Source: Octopus vulgaris
Taxonomy: Eukaryota
Direction of reading: 5' to 3'
DNA: 64,000 nucleotides
Assembly (NCBI GenBank): GCA_951406725.2
Contig: OX597823.1
Location: 114,328,001-114,392,000, forward strand
The notes under the pieces are model-generated. The model saw only the letters and a list, made by a program, of their open reading frames with translations. It had not been told where the DNA came from and searched no databases. Position 1 is the stretch's first letter. Every line of letters begins with the position of its first letter. Position numbers and translations under genes: made by a program. Positions 10,917-25,985 of this stretch are shown here, piece after piece.

Positions 10917-12178
10917 AAAAGTCACCAAAAGGAAAACAATTGTCTGAGGATTTGAAATTTATTTTTAATTTGCAGAAGAATGGTTTAGGATGCAAGATAA
11001 TTAGCAAACGAATACATATTAGCGTAAACACAGTTGCCAAAGTAATTCAGAAGTACAAAGCTACAGGACGGAAAAGTAATAACCATCGTCCAGATCGTAT
11101 CTTCTCTTTTAAATGCGCGATATTCACCACTTTTAACGTTGCGTGATGGACGACAAGCGACGTACCACTTCATCTCCGGCCCAAGAAGTGCCTTCTTATT
11201 TCTTTATTGCCCACAAGGGGCTAAACATAGAGGGGACAAACAAGGACAGACAAAGGGATTAAGTCGATTACATGGACCCCAGTGCGTAAGTGGTACTTAA
11301 TTTATCGACCCCGAAATCGATAAAAGGCAAATCCGACCTCGGCGGAATTTGAACTCAGAACGTAACGGCAGACGAAATACTGCTGAGCATTTCGCCCGGC
11401 GTGCTAACGTTTCTGCCACCTCGCCACCTTTATCTGCTAGCTCGCTGCTTTCGGCCCAAGAAGTGCCTCCTGTTTGTGGAAAGAGTGTATCCCGCTAAAC
11501 AGTTCACCGAAGTTTGAACCGGTGTGGTTTTCATGGACGCATTCCTCGTAGGAAGCCTTTCATCACTACCAGGCATGAATTAAATCGTCTTTCTTTTGCC
11601 GAAACTTATGTGACTAAGGGAAAGGGGTTTTCGAATAAGATTCCTTTTTCTAATGAGACTAAAATCAACTTGTTTAGAACAGATGGTATTAAACGATTAT
11701 TGCGAAGATACTAGCGACAAATGCACTGTGCCTACCGGGAAACACGGTGGTAGAAGTTTTATGCTTTGGCAATACATGAGTACAGCTGGTGTGGGAGGAC
11801 TCACATTTATTGAGAGGACAAAGGATTCTAGGCTTTATTGTGAGATATTTCAGAAAACAATGCTGAAAAGAGCAAGGAACTACGAAGACATTCCATGTTC
11901 CAACAAAATAATGCCCCTAAACACACTTCAAAGATGACGATTAAGATTTTATCAGATAAAAAGGTAAATGTACTGCCTTGGCATACCATGTCTCCTGATT
12001 TAAACCCAATAGAACATCTGTAGGGTATTTTGAAAAGGAAGATTGAGGAGAAAAAAAGACATCATTCAGGATGAATGGAGGTCGACTTAATCGGTTATAT
12101 GCGGAAATTTAGACGACTCTATACCCAGAAGACTTAATGCATTCATTGGAAGCAAGGGCGGTCACACCAAATATTGAA
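10917..12178 (+). pseudogene. Tc1 DD34E transposase pseudogene, interrupted by a SINE
   Basis: HTH region KIISKRIHISVNTVAKVIQKYKATG, then GRIPRRKPF, FSNETKINLF, KHGGRSFMLW, FQQNNAPKH, SPDLNPIEHL and GGHTKY, spread over frameshifts and stops. Confidence 0.9.
11194..11451 (-). mobile_element. SINE family C nested in the Tc1 transposase, 17-bp TSD
   Basis: TSD CGGCCCAAGAAGTGCCT at 11177-11193 and 11452-11468. Reverse complement of 35258-35482. Confidence 0.9.
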
Positions 12179-12411
12179 TATAGCAAATAATCCTTTAGGG
12201 CATATATATTTTTGTAACCTTTCAAAATTAATATTCCATTTATATCTCTGAAAATATATATTCATATCTTTGAAAATGTTCCAAATTTGTATAATAGTGG
12301 CATGTATAATAGATTTTCGTTTGATTTCTTTCGATGTTATCAGAGTAAGGACAATTTTACTGAAATTTTTTAGAGGTGTCCATACATTTTTAGAGGTGAG
12401 ATACTGTATAG

Positions 12412-12557
<146 letters not shown>

Positions 12558-12976
12558 AAGGATCTGGTGAACTAGAAAGATAGGGTGTTTCCAATGCAGT
12601 ACTCGACCCAAGCTCTGGCCTATAAACACTACTGAAGACAAAGTTATAACGAAATACTTCAGGTTTAGAAAATCCTGCTTTCACGACGGTAAACCGCCTT
12701 GTGAGTTTACCGAAGTGAAAAATATAATCCGAATAAGAAAAAGAAAGGTTCTAACACATCTTTAACATCAGTTTGCCCCAAAGTACAAAGTGAAAATTTA
12801 TGTACTATTTGCCGTTTTAGACATTAGAGTTGTACTTCCTCAGACCTGCAACAAAGGTGTATATTTACATTGTGCGCCTGCTAAAGTCTAACATGCATAA
12901 TTGTAACTGATCATTAAAGATGTGTAAAGACATTCTTTGTATTCTTATTAATATTTTATGTATATATATATATGGG

Positions 12977-13267
12977 GGAGGGCGCAATGGTGCAGCGGAC
13001 TTGCGGTCGTAGGATCGCGGTTTCGTTTCTCAGACCGGGCGTTGTGAGTGTTTATTGAGCGAAAACACCTAAATCCTCCTCGAGCCTCCGGTAGGGGGTG
13101 GTGATCCCTGCTGTACTCTTTCACCACTCTTTCTCCCACTCTTTCTTCTGTCGGCCTGCTCGCTTAGCCAGCGGGGTGGCGTCATTTGAAGGCTAAAACA
13201 ATGCGAAGCGCATTGTGACAAGCGATTTGTCGCAACATATGATAGCCTGGTCGGTCACGGTGACGTG
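12977..13267 (+). mobile_element. SINE family A
   Basis: Colinear with 16351-16660, with a small deletion in the A box. Flanked by TA tracts. Confidence 0.85.
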
Positions 13268-13285
13268 ATATATATATATATTTAT

Positions 13286-13333
<48 letters not shown>

Positions 13334-13697
13334 ATATGACGTGTATATATATATATATATATATATATATGTCACAGTGACGTGATATATATATATATGG
13401 GGGTGTATGTGTGCGTATGTGCATGTGTATGTGTGTTCGTGAGTCTACATATTTGTGTCTATCTGTGTGTGCGTGTGTGCATCTGCATGGACATACACAC
13501 ACATACTTGTATCCGCATGAGTAAATCGGCATTCGATTATAATTTTGCTCAATTGTAAATAATTCCCCAATACTATCCCAAACATACAATCGCTGAATGC
13601 TGTGAGACAGGTGATATCAAAACAGTATTCAATGATAAAGCTTGTATTGTAATAGAATCCGTTCTTTGTGGTGATTTCTCAATGCAACTTACTACAC

Positions 13698-14495
13698 GAG
13701 GGGATACACAAAAGAAACCGGAATTTTGCAATTATTATTTCATTCACTTAGTTTTACATGCTTACATGTCTTTTAACACCTACGTCGTTTTAAATTCACC
13801 TCTTCTATATCTGAAAATTCCGTAGCACCAGCTTTCGTCACCAGGCTCGACATTCGAAAAAAACTTCCAGCTGTTCTTTCACTTCAAGACACGCATTCAG
13901 TCGTAACTGCTTTTGATCGTCCGTAAGCAAGGAAGACACCAATTATACTGTAACACTTTTCATTCGCAATTCCACGTTCAAAATTCGTTAGATTGAGCTC
14001 CAGAACACATCAGTCATATTAACAAGTTCTTCAATTATTCGGCGAACGTCTTCCAAGATCAGTTCAGGAATTTTTGTGATGTCTTCATTTGTTCGGGAGG
14101 TCGACGGTCGTCCTGAACGAGGTTGGTCTTCAAGCGACAATTGGTCATACCTAAAGCGTGAAAATCACTCGTCAACTTGTGTTTTGCTTATGGCAGTGAC
14201 CCTGTATGCTGTTTGATGCATAACAACTAATTCGGCCGCCGTTTTACCCAGCAGAAAACAGAATTTCACGGAGGCACATTGTCTCTTCGTTCAGCCATCC
14301 GCAAAAATCGACGTAGAGGGGAAAAAAAACAAAGTAAAGATACACCATGTGGCAGTACGACCTTAGACGTCGACGGCGGTGGTCGGCATGCTGATTGCCT
14401 GTGCGTTGCATCAAGTGACTACTAGCAGCGGAAGCCTGAACTTCAACGGGCTTGCGCATCAGTAAACGTTTCCGGTTATTTTGAACACCTCCTCA
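13698..14495 (-). mobile_element. Internally deleted mariner element
   Basis: Imperfect TIRs CGAGGGATACACAAAAGAAACCGGAA / TTCCGGTTATTTTGAACACCTCCTC. The minus strand encodes VKFCFLLGKTAAE...LEDQPRSGRPSTSRT...LRMKSV (mariner N-terminal HTH region). Confidence 0.8.
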
Positions 14496-14570
<75 letters not shown>

Positions 14571-14871
14571 CTATATATATATAGCTATATATATATATAT
14601 ATATATATAATTAAGGACAACTACTTAATAAGGAAAACTTAACAAGAAATTGTCAGGTAGATAGCGTAAAAACCTCATAAGAGAAAAAATTTCGAAAATA
14701 ATTATTTCTTATTGAACATATTAATTTATATATAGAGGGCATTATAAATACATGCCAGAAGGCATTATACATACATGCCAAACGCTAAGAGGGACAATTA
14801 GTCATTTCTACCAAAAAATATTACTAATCCCACCGAATGCAATTTTTCAAAGTAAGACATTTAAAAAATAT

Positions 14872-14919
14872 AGACCTGTATCACAGTGATTTCATACTTA
14901 CGTACTCATCAGCAGGCCT
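14872..14919 (-). ncRNA. Minimal type I hammerhead ribozyme
   Basis: Exact reverse complement of 15418-15465. Confidence 0.85.
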
Positions 14920-15417
14920 GAATGCATTATAAATAAACAACGACCCTGCCCCGCTTAAGTCGATCAGCTAACTGTTCAACTTCAACGAAGCACATGGGTG
15001 AGTTTACATATATTACATCCGGTCAAATGGCGAACTTTTACGAATTGCATTTCGGGAGAGGAAAAGTTTTTTCGGAATAAAAATTTAGCAATTAAGGACA
15101 ACTACTTAATAAGGAAAACTTAACAAGAAATTGTTATTTCGAAATTTTTCGAAATTATTTTCGAAATTTTTTCTCTTATGAGGTTTTTACGCTATCTACC
15201 TGACAATTTCTTGTTAAGTTTTCCTTATTAAGTAGTTGTCCTTAATTGCTAAATTTTTATTCCGAAAAAACTTTTCCTCTCCCGAAATGCAATTCGTAAA
15301 AGTTCCCCATTTGACCGGATGTAATATATGTAAACTCACCCATGTGCTTCGTTGATGTTGAACAGTTAGCTGATCGACTTAAGCGGGGCAGGGTCGTTGT
15401 TTATTTATAATGCATTC

Positions 15418-15465
15418 AGGCCTGCTGATGAGTACGTAAGTATGAAATCACTGTGATACAGGTCT
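15418..15465 (+). ncRNA. Minimal type I hammerhead ribozyme
   Basis: AGGCCTG-CTGATGA-GTAC[GTAA]GTAT-GAAA-TCAC[T]GTGA-TA-CAGGTCT. 7-bp stem I, GNRA-capped stem II, near-palindromic stem III, AUA triplet. Confidence 0.88.
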
Positions 15466-15566
15466 ATATTTTTTAAATGTCTTACTTTGAAAAATTGCAT
15501 TCGGTGGGATTAGTAATATTTTTAATGGTAGAAATGACTAATTGTATATCTTAGCGTATATATGTA

Positions 15567-16239
15567 TATAATTTCAACAATTGAGGGTATGTATTATTAA
15601 TCAATTTCACCAAGTATTCAGTATGTAATTTAATGCCTTCTATTACATTTTATAAAGGGCTTAGTAAAATAAATTACTTTGCCACATACTGAACTCATTA
15701 GAAATAGCATAGCCAAAAAAAATTTTTTAGCCATTTCTAATACTTAAACTTAAAATTTCTCTCAGATAGTGTTTACTCAAAATAACCCACGAAGGTATGG
15801 GGGTAAAAACATTAAAAAATCACAAGTGCAAAGATTATTTGAGAACGTACGTTTCTAGATCAGCCAAATACAATTCGACATTTCTTTCGTCAGCTCAAAA
15901 TTTCTTAAATCGGATTTGTAAACACTGAAAGTAGGAGCATACCCTTTTGGCGACTTTTCACCTCCGAAGATCCGTTCAAACTAACAGTGCCAACAAATTC
16001 AAAATATGCAAGCGAAGAATTTCTGCCCTCCCCTTCCATCCACGTGGGCTAAACTAGCAAACACCATGTTTTATCGGTGAAAACCGAAGCATTAAACAGA
16101 GAGAAATGAATTATAATTTCAACAATTGAGGGTAAAATTAATTAATTATTAATCAATTTCACCAAGTATTCAGTATGTAAAGGGACCATTTAAGGCGAAT
16201 TCAAAATATTACATTTTATAAAGGGTTTAGTAAAATAAA
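15567..16239 (-). mobile_element. HHR-bearing element with terminal direct repeat (~545-bp period)
   Basis: 15567-15673 recurs with indels at 16112-16239. TA-flanked. Related to the reverse complement of 16709-17440. Confidence 0.8.
15838..15899 (-). ncRNA. Type I hammerhead ribozyme
   Basis: Minus strand reads TTTGAG-CTGACGA-aAGA..GTCGAAT/ATTTGGC..TCTa-GAAA-CGTACG-TT-CTCAAA. 6-bp stem I, palindromic stem III ACGTACGT, GUU triplet. Confidence 0.75.
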
Positions 16240-16246
16240 ATAAAAT

Positions 16247-16701
<455 letters not shown>

Positions 16702-16708
16702 TATATAT

Positions 16709-17558
<850 letters not shown>

Positions 17559-20119
17559 ATATATATATAATGCATATAGATTCACGAACATACACATTTA
17601 TTCATAGACATGCACACATGTGTATATAAAATTTTAAAATTATTTTTCAAATGTCTCATTTATCAGTTTTAATAATCTAGAGATTACTTTATTGACGATC
17701 TGCAGTTGCATAGTTATTTACAGATCGTAATTTAAGTGGATTCTTTTTAGTTGTACTTAAAGATATGTGTACTTCACTTTGCAGACCAAATACAGCCGCT
17801 TTTAGCACTGTAGGTAATTAATACAATTTATCTGAACGTAGAAGGTGAGAGCAGCATTGTGTGAAGAAGCGTCTAGCAATATTTGTCGTCACATTAATGT
17901 TACACAAGTTCACTTAGACAAAATTTTTCTACGTCTACAGTAGTTGGTTTTAATTGGGGTGAGTGCAAATCTTCCCAGAACTATAGAGGGTTACCCATAT
18001 CTTAGAGAAAATCAAAAGCATTTTCAAAGTAACGTTGTTAACTAAACGAACGTTTCACATTCGATTGACTTCCTGATGACACGACATTTCGCTTATTTTT
18101 CATTCTCCATTATTTTAATGGAAGCCGACCAGTCACGCAGTGATCTTCATTGATAGGAGAGAGGATGCTGAGAATTGTATTGCATTTCAAATTTCCCACT
18201 TCTGCGTTTTTGCTTTAGTAATGAACGCGCTGTATTTTTTACAAGTATTTCAAGTGTAACCCATCGACCGTTTGGTAAGTATTACCGCGAACGTTTCACT
18301 TGCATACGGCTAAGATGGCGGCACAGATGCTTTGGTAGACCACCAACATGGTTTGGCATCTGACGAGCTTCATCTCTGGTATGTTCTTCTGAAGACTAAC
18401 GGTATCAACGTTAGTTCAATCAGTTCTTCATTGACAATGTGTATCATTTTCCGGAGAGCGTGGCTAATATGCCACAATACATTAGAATATGAATCGTGAA
18501 CAGAATTTCAAATACTGTATATTCTTTGTGATTTTTTTCTTCACTTTTAACCTATTTACAAAGAAACCTACAGCTATATCTTTCGATTCTATGAAAGAGT
18601 TAAAATAAGACAATATAAATTTGATGTCTGTATTTAAATTTGATCTATGAATAATACTATATAGGTCAATAAATTTTGTGAGATTGATTTGCATGGTCAG
18701 CAATGTAGTTTTGGCACTTTTGTAATAGACACTCGATTTGGAAGTTTGACAACATCTAAGTTTAGTTTCAATGATTGAGCGCCAATCAGGTCACTAATGA
18801 CCAACTTTCCCAGAGAACATTGATTTCGGAAAAGTATTTATATGTAATGTATTTCATTGCTATAGAAACACATCTACTCGAAATACAATAATAATGTGTA
18901 CGTTCTGATATTGTATTATAATTATGTGGTTTTGTGCGGTTTTACATGTACCTCGGCGCCCAGCTTAGCATCACTACATGGCAGTTTATTGCCAGGTTAA
19001 AACACCCACATGGCACTAGTTACTAGTTTTCACATTTCAATAATATTACCAATTAACAGGGAAATTTCTGAATATCACAGCCTCAATAAATTATCAATTA
19101 ACGATCTGCGAAGCTGGTGGAAGGAAGAGGGTCATTATACGATGATCGAAAATCTTGATTAAATACCTGCCATAGATGGTCTCCGTAAAAGGCAACAGGA
19201 GGCTATAGACTGTTGCTCAATCTATTGGGGCCTCGAATATTTTGAAACGTTAATGGATTAATGGTCTTAGTGAAAATATTTAATAAAAACTATTAAATAA
19301 AAGAGTTTTATATTATACTGTATTATATACGCACATAAATGCATACATACATAAAAAACACATACATGCATACATACGTACATAAATACAAACATACGCA
19401 CATACATACATAAACAGTCACTCAGCCATATTATTTTCATGAATGCTTTCCTTAACTTATTTTCTTAATTTAATTAGTTTACTCACACGAATTTGTGAAC
19501 GTGATGTGTGGGTATTAAAGACAGAGAGAAAGGGACGAGAGAGAGTGAAAGAGGAAGAAAGAAAGGGAGAGTAAGAGAGAAAGAGAGAGAGAGAAGGGGG
19601 AGAAATAAGAGACTACATCATTCAAAATATATATATGAAAAATAATGAATTTTCAGAATTGGTGATATTGGTTAATATATATATATTTTATATAATAAAA
19701 TCATGAAAACAGAGAAAGACAAATGTGATAAAATAAGAATGATTAAAAATAACCAAGAAAACGAGAAGTAAACGGTAAACAGTAAACATTCTGTTAAAAG
19801 ACAACGTAATGGCGGTCTAAAAGTGATAAATTTACTGTAGTGCCTCTAGCAGAATTTACCGAGAAATATTAGTTTATTCAGATATTTTAGGCCTAAGTCA
19901 CCAGTTTTACTCACCCTCCATATTGTTTGTGTATATGTAGAGTGTATATGGGTGCCTGAGTATATTTTGTATGTATATGTCTGTATGCCTTCCAGTGTGT
20001 TTCTGTTTGCTAGTTATTTTTTTTCTCAACTTGCCAGTGTGTGTACGTTCATATGAGTGTAGCCAAAAGTATATATGAGACGCTATATATCTGTGTAACT
20101 TTTTGTGCGGATGCATGTG

Positions 20120-20227
20120 TTTCCTACACACATACATACACACACATACACACATATATAATTATATATATATATGTAAGTATGTATAAACATACACTCA
20201 CACACATACATGCACTTATATATATGA

Positions 20228-20266
<39 letters not shown>

Positions 20267-20285
20267 CATACATACATATATATAC

Positions 20286-20361
<76 letters not shown>

Positions 20362-20404
20362 CATACATACACACATATATATATATACATATGTATATAT
20401 AGAC

Positions 20405-20476
<72 letters not shown>

Positions 20477-20488
20477 ATACATATATAC

Positions 20489-20543
<55 letters not shown>

Positions 20544-20575
20544 CATATACATATACATATATATATATGCATGTA
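20120..20575. repeat. Compound (TA)n/(CA)n microsatellite, representative of dozens in the window
   Basis: Direct reading. Source of the IYIYIY pseudo-ORFs. Confidence 0.95.
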
Positions 20576-20884
20576 TACGTCTTTGTGTTGGTATGTGTGC
20601 GAGTCTATCTAGATGTGCGTGTGCGTTATATTACTCTACGGTCATACATCTATGTGTGTGCCTATGTTGTTTCCGCTTTCTTCTAACAATCTCTGTTTCA
20701 TATTCTAATTAAATCTAAATTTATACACTTTGGTCGATACAAAACATTTCCTGGTGATTCTAATTCTTATATATTTCGTGTTCTTTTGGGTAACGGCCTG
20801 ATGAAACGTATTTGTAATAGGTGCGTATGTGGAACTCGCTCACCATCACTCTCTTTCTCTCTCTCTCGCTCTCCCTCTCTCCAA

Positions 20885-20921
<37 letters not shown>

Positions 20922-21070
20922 ATGTGGTGCAAGTCAGTGTGTGTGCGCGTGTATGACTGTGTGTCGCTTGTTCGTTTGATGAATCTAAGAGGTACTTCAG
21001 AGGGTAGAGTCTTGTTTTATTTTTAAAGATATTATACATATATACATACAGCATACAATCAAATATGTTC

Positions 21071-21120
<50 letters not shown>

Positions 21121-21122
<2 letters not shown>

Positions 21123-21281
21123 GGAGTAAACACATAAATGTGGAACAAGGTGGAAGAAAAGAGTACTCAAATACCAGTGGTAGAGTAATATGCATTTAAA
21201 AGCAGAAAATTCTACAAAACCTGTTTAGTTTCGCTAAACTCAGAGTAACATTTTGTAGAATTTTCTGCTGCTTTAAATAAA
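21121..21281 (-). mobile_element. Short PLE-like end with inversion inside an HHR remnant, in (TA)n
   Basis: GCAGAAAATTCTACAAAA / TTTTGTAGAATTTTCTGC inverted. The centre holds AAA-CTC[A]GAG-TA (21236-21247), resembling HHR stem III plus the cleavage site. Confidence 0.55.
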
Positions 21282-21294
21282 GTATATATATATA

Positions 21295-21354
<60 letters not shown>

Positions 21355-21362
21355 TTTGAGAG

Positions 21363-21421
<59 letters not shown>

Positions 21422-21852
21422 GAGAAAGAGAGGGCGAGTGATAAATATATATGCAAATATATACAGATGCATACATAGTCGCACACAAACACACAAACAC
21501 ACACATGTACATAATGAATGTTGACTCACAATTGTATATGGCTAAATTCTTCCCACCGACCTTATGATTTTTTAAGACGTGGTAGCTCTCTGCTATGCAT
21601 TATTATAATGCTAGTAAGACGAAAACTTCACCTCCCACAGTACATTTCATGAGGACGCAACAAAGCGGCTAATCTGCAAATCATGACTACTCCTCTGCAT
21701 TCAAGTTCTGTTTCCCTATATAGGGTATAAAACTATACAAGCGATGATATTTCATGGCCTCACAGGCTCCGATCTGGCAGAAATGTTTGCACGTCGGAGA
21801 AAATGCTTAGCGGCATTTCGCCCGTATGTACGTTCAAATCCATCGAGTTTTA

Positions 21853-22416
21853 TTGGGTTGTCCGGAAAGTTCGTGCCGATTTTTAAAAGAAAGAAAAAGG
21901 TCAATAAATACTTGCCATTACATTTTTAATCAACCAAATATGAACCATTTTGTTGCACAACGTGTCTCCATCTTTCCTTTAACTTGAAAATACCCTCTTT
22001 CCAGAATTGAGGTGGTTTCATGGCAAAGAATTCATCAAGGTATCTTTTTACCTCATCCAAGGAATTGAAATTTTTACCATTAAGACTATTCTACAGAGAA
22101 CTGAATAAGCGGAAATCCGAAGTAGCAATATCTGGTGAATATGGAGGGTGGAGTAACACATCCCAGCTGAACTGCAGCAATTTTTGTCTGGTTCTCAAAA
22201 CATCAAGTGCCAAAAATGAACTTTCTCATCTTCCATTGTAAAGGGTTACAGAATTAACACAGGTTATAGGAACATAAACCTTCTTGCACGAAAGGATAGC
22301 TTAAACTGTGCTCTAAATAGAGGTGTAGTCAAATCCTATTTTATGGACTCAAACATGTTCTAAAATAAGTCGAAATGTAAGCTACTGTATCGGCATGAAC
22401 TTTCCGGACAACCCAA
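21853..22416 (-). mobile_element. Mariner-derived MITE nested in a SINE C copy
   Basis: TIRs TTGGGTTGTCCGGAAAGTTCGTGCCGAT / ATCGGCATGAACTTTCCGGACAACCCAA with TA TSD. The minus strand retains LGCVTPPSIF (frame-shifted) / HPPYSPDIATSDF and the C-terminus. SINE halves at ~21770-21850 and ~22419-22520. Confidence 0.9.
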
Positions 22417-23379
22417 TATCTTGCCTTTAATCTATTCGGGTTCGATAAAATACCTACTAATCGAGCACTCGGGTCGATTTAATCTACTTAAGCCCTCCCC
22501 CGAACTTGCTGGCCTTGCTGAACCGATAGTTCATTGTATCCAACGCGCGCGTTATCCCGACCGATGCAACAAAATTATATCCGACAGTAACTCCAAGAAA
22601 TTTGAGTTCTACTTCAGCAAAATGTACGAACACAACAAATATAGTAACAAATACCTGTGCAACGCAACTGTCACACTGTCCCTGTTTGAAACCCTTAATC
22701 TAGCAGCAAATAAAAGAAAAGCGACAGGTTACTACGAATGATTTAGGGTCATTTGAAGCAGCCTTATTAGTGTCACCGTATCGGCTCGAACTAAATTTGG
22801 TATTGGATGCTTTATTACCAAGAGAACTTGCTTTACGTTCAATCTATACAGCTACATTCTACAATTAAAGTCACCATTTCACATGGAATCGGTTTAACTG
22901 GCTCGTGTCTTTCTCCTCTTTTCAAACAAATAGGAACATTTATTTTGGCTTAAATCTGTCCTTAAATACCCTGAAAATGCCTTAACTGTATTAAGACACT
23001 TCGTTATATCATTTGTCCCCTTAGCAAGAAACTTTAGGTTGTGAACAAAGAAGCTCTACGCTAAAATAGTACCCCTGGTTTCCTTAATGTCAGTTACTTA
23101 AGAATAAATACAAAAAGTTCACTCCGATTATAAGTACCATTGCGGAGAGCAACTCTCACTCAGAATATACGCCAGCAATACTTTATAAATTTAGTGGCGC
23201 TACAATTATTTGCTGTATTTAATGCCAGGAGTATGGCTCTGTTAAACACCAAGCTGTACGGAATCGAGGTACCAGTTAAATGGTCTTCGTTGCACGCCAG
23301 ATTCAAGAGAACTGTCGAGAACTGCACTGTAAATCACAAGCTTCCATGCAGACTTCTACAGGCATTTAGGTGTCCACTG

Positions 23380-23980
23380 TGACTCATTCTACAGTTTCAT
23401 GGGGGCACGAAAGCAGGTGTGGTCATCGGCGATCGGGAACCAGACTCTTTTTATGTCGGCATCGACGGGAAACAGGGCTGCGTATTTGTTCTGGATTTTT
23501 TAATCGCCTTGTCGGGGCCGTTACACTTTTCACACAGGCCGAACTCGAGTCTAACGATGAATTCACCATCAACTACCTTCGGGATAACAGTGATTTTAAT
23601 CTCCGACGACGCAAATCGGAAACGACGACTCAGACTACCATGATGTTTGACCTCCAGTACGGTGAATATTCGATCTTCCAACTCACGATCAAAAATCCGA
23701 AGGGCATGTCATGAACGTTGCTGTGAACGTTTATCAAAGACTCGGTCTGGAGATTAACACAAAGTAAACATAATTAACGGATCAATAGTGTCTCCATCTA
23801 CCGCGTCTTGTTCACTGTCTTAGCGGCGACACTCTTAACATTGTGATGTGGATCACCTACATCGAGTCATTCCTGTCTCACAACTGCTTTATTGATGAAA
23901 AGGTCCAATGTCAAATACAGAAGTTTTCAGCCGTTTTCGGGCCATTGTTCTCCAAGGTTCTTACCATTCCCACGAAACTT
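23380..23980 (+). pseudogene. RTE-clade LINE reverse-transcriptase fragment
   Basis: DSFYVGIDGKQGCVF (cf. GVKQGCVL) and FNLRRRKSETT...DLQYGE (cf. FNLRRL...LLYADD), frameshifted. Confidence 0.7.
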
Positions 23981-24033
23981 GATACACGTGCGCGCGCATA
24001 CACACACACAAAAGACACACACACACATATATA

Positions 24034-24556
24034 CTGTGTGGTATGATTTTCAAGAAGTAGTATAAAACACGATCAGTTAAGAGAGTAAAGATATTATAGT
24101 AATTATTATAAAACCTTGTGAAATGCAGCTACCAACGGTTTCCCGGTCGAAATATTAATTTATTTCGCCATTTATGAAGCTGGTAAAAACAAGATGGTTT
24201 TATCTGTTATATTATATAGTGTAGAAACCAAGGTGGTATACTGCAAGCACCTGAAAATTCGTTAATCTTTTCACATCAGGTGTCCTCAAGTACATTGGCA
24301 CCTCAAGAGAAAACTAGATTCCACATCGAACGATTTTCTAACCCAATAACTCCTATAGCCTTAAATAAATTTCTATACCAATGATTGCGAAACCATCTTG
24401 TTTTTACCAGCTTCATAAATGGCGAAATAAATTAATATTTCAACCGAGAAACCCTTGGTAGCTGCATTTCACAAGGTTTTATAATAATTACTATAATATC
24501 TTTACTCTCTTAACTGATCGAGTGTTATACTACATCTTGAAAATCATGCCACACAG
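24034..24556. mobile_element. Inverted-repeat element (167-bp arms) in TA/CA tracts, with an HHR-like motif in each arm
   Basis: 24034-24200 and 24390-24556 are reverse complements. CAGC-TTCATAA-stem-GAAA-CC[3]GG-TA-GCTG at 24408-24464 (+) and 24126-24182 (-). Confidence 0.7.
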
Positions 24557-24566
24557 AAAATATATG

Positions 24567-24617
<51 letters not shown>

Positions 24618-24619
24618 GC

Positions 24620-24679
<60 letters not shown>

Positions 24680-24895
24680 GAACATATATATTTATATGTA
24701 TAATATATATATATATTTATATATATATATCATATGCGTGCGTGCGTGTGAGCGTATGTGTCTGTGTGCGTATGTGCACACATATTCATACGTCCACATA
24801 GGCATATGCTTGCATATGTATATATAAATATATATACATGCATGCATAAATATATTAATACATATGCATGTATATATATATATACATATATATAT

Positions 24896-24966
<71 letters not shown>

Positions 24967-25687
24967 GTGTGTGTGTGTGTGTGTGTGTTGCGTGTTTACG
25001 TGCGTGTACAAGCACGCAACATGCACTCATACGGAAGCAAAACCATTTTATTTTCAGCTGAGAGAGAATGCTTTTTTCTCATTGCTTCGAAATTCAATTG
25101 AATTCAATTTCCTTACAGAAGTGGATCGAGGCATTTGGGACAATTCGTAGGTTGTACCAGCAGCAATTGCTCAATATTTAATTCTAGGATCACTGTTGAA
25201 CATTGGCAAGTCATCCCTACTATTGCGTTCTGCGAACCATAAAAGATATTTATATTCCACTTCATTCAAAGTTCCATCACTGCAGAAAAGATCTATAACG
25301 CTTGTCTGAATTTCGCTCAAATACTTTATCGCTCCGATGACGCCTTGCCAATAAATTGGTCACGTGGCAAACAAAGCAAACACATTAAACTTTAATGATT
25401 CTCTTTTGTGGGAGACAATAATTCAGTAATGTTCATTAATTCATTCGTGTATGTATTTATGAGTGTGTGTGTGTGTGTCTATATATGTGTGTGAGTTTGC
25501 GTGTGTGTGTATGTGCATGTGTGCGTGTATATGTTTGAAATATTGATGGTGAATATAAGTGTGTGTATGTGTGTGTGTGTAATTCTATATATATATGTGC
25601 GTGCTTGTGTTCACTTTTCTTCTGATACAGGATATACACATGCATACACATTCACACTCATGCACACACACGCATACACACACACAG

Positions 25688-25719
<32 letters not shown>

Positions 25720-25953
25720 GATGCATAAACACATGAATATATATGTATGCATATGTATTTCTATATATATGCATACACATATATTTACACACCCACACGC
25801 CGAAATACACGCACGCACACATACATACATGTGTGTGTGTGTGTGTGTGTATGCGTATGTGTGACTATAAGAGAGCGAGTGCCTACGTACTCATTCCATA
25901 GTGATAATGCTATTTACATGTGCTTCTCTTAATATACAATTCTATAAGTACAT

Positions 25954-25985
<32 letters not shown>

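Larger units (their letters stand above)
10670..12407 (+). mobile_element. Decayed Tc1-family transposon with long IR/DR-type ends (left end truncated)
   Basis: GTTACAAAAATATGTACACCCTTAAGGA (~10718) is inverse to ~12191-12218. The right end is ...GATACTG|TA. Transposase remnants lie between. Confidence 0.8.
14609..15557. mobile_element. HHR-bearing PLE-derived/retrozyme-like element: 481-bp monomer, partial tandem repeat and inverted permuted copy
   Basis: 14609-14653 recurs at 15090-15134. 15153-15557 is the reverse complement of ~14782-15089 joined to 14609-14703. TA-flanked. Confidence 0.85.

Noticed and set aside
18290-18400. Very old mariner remnant (DHQHGLASDELHLW resembling HPPYSPDLAPSDFHLF)
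   Set aside because: Similarity too weak by eye and no TIRs found.
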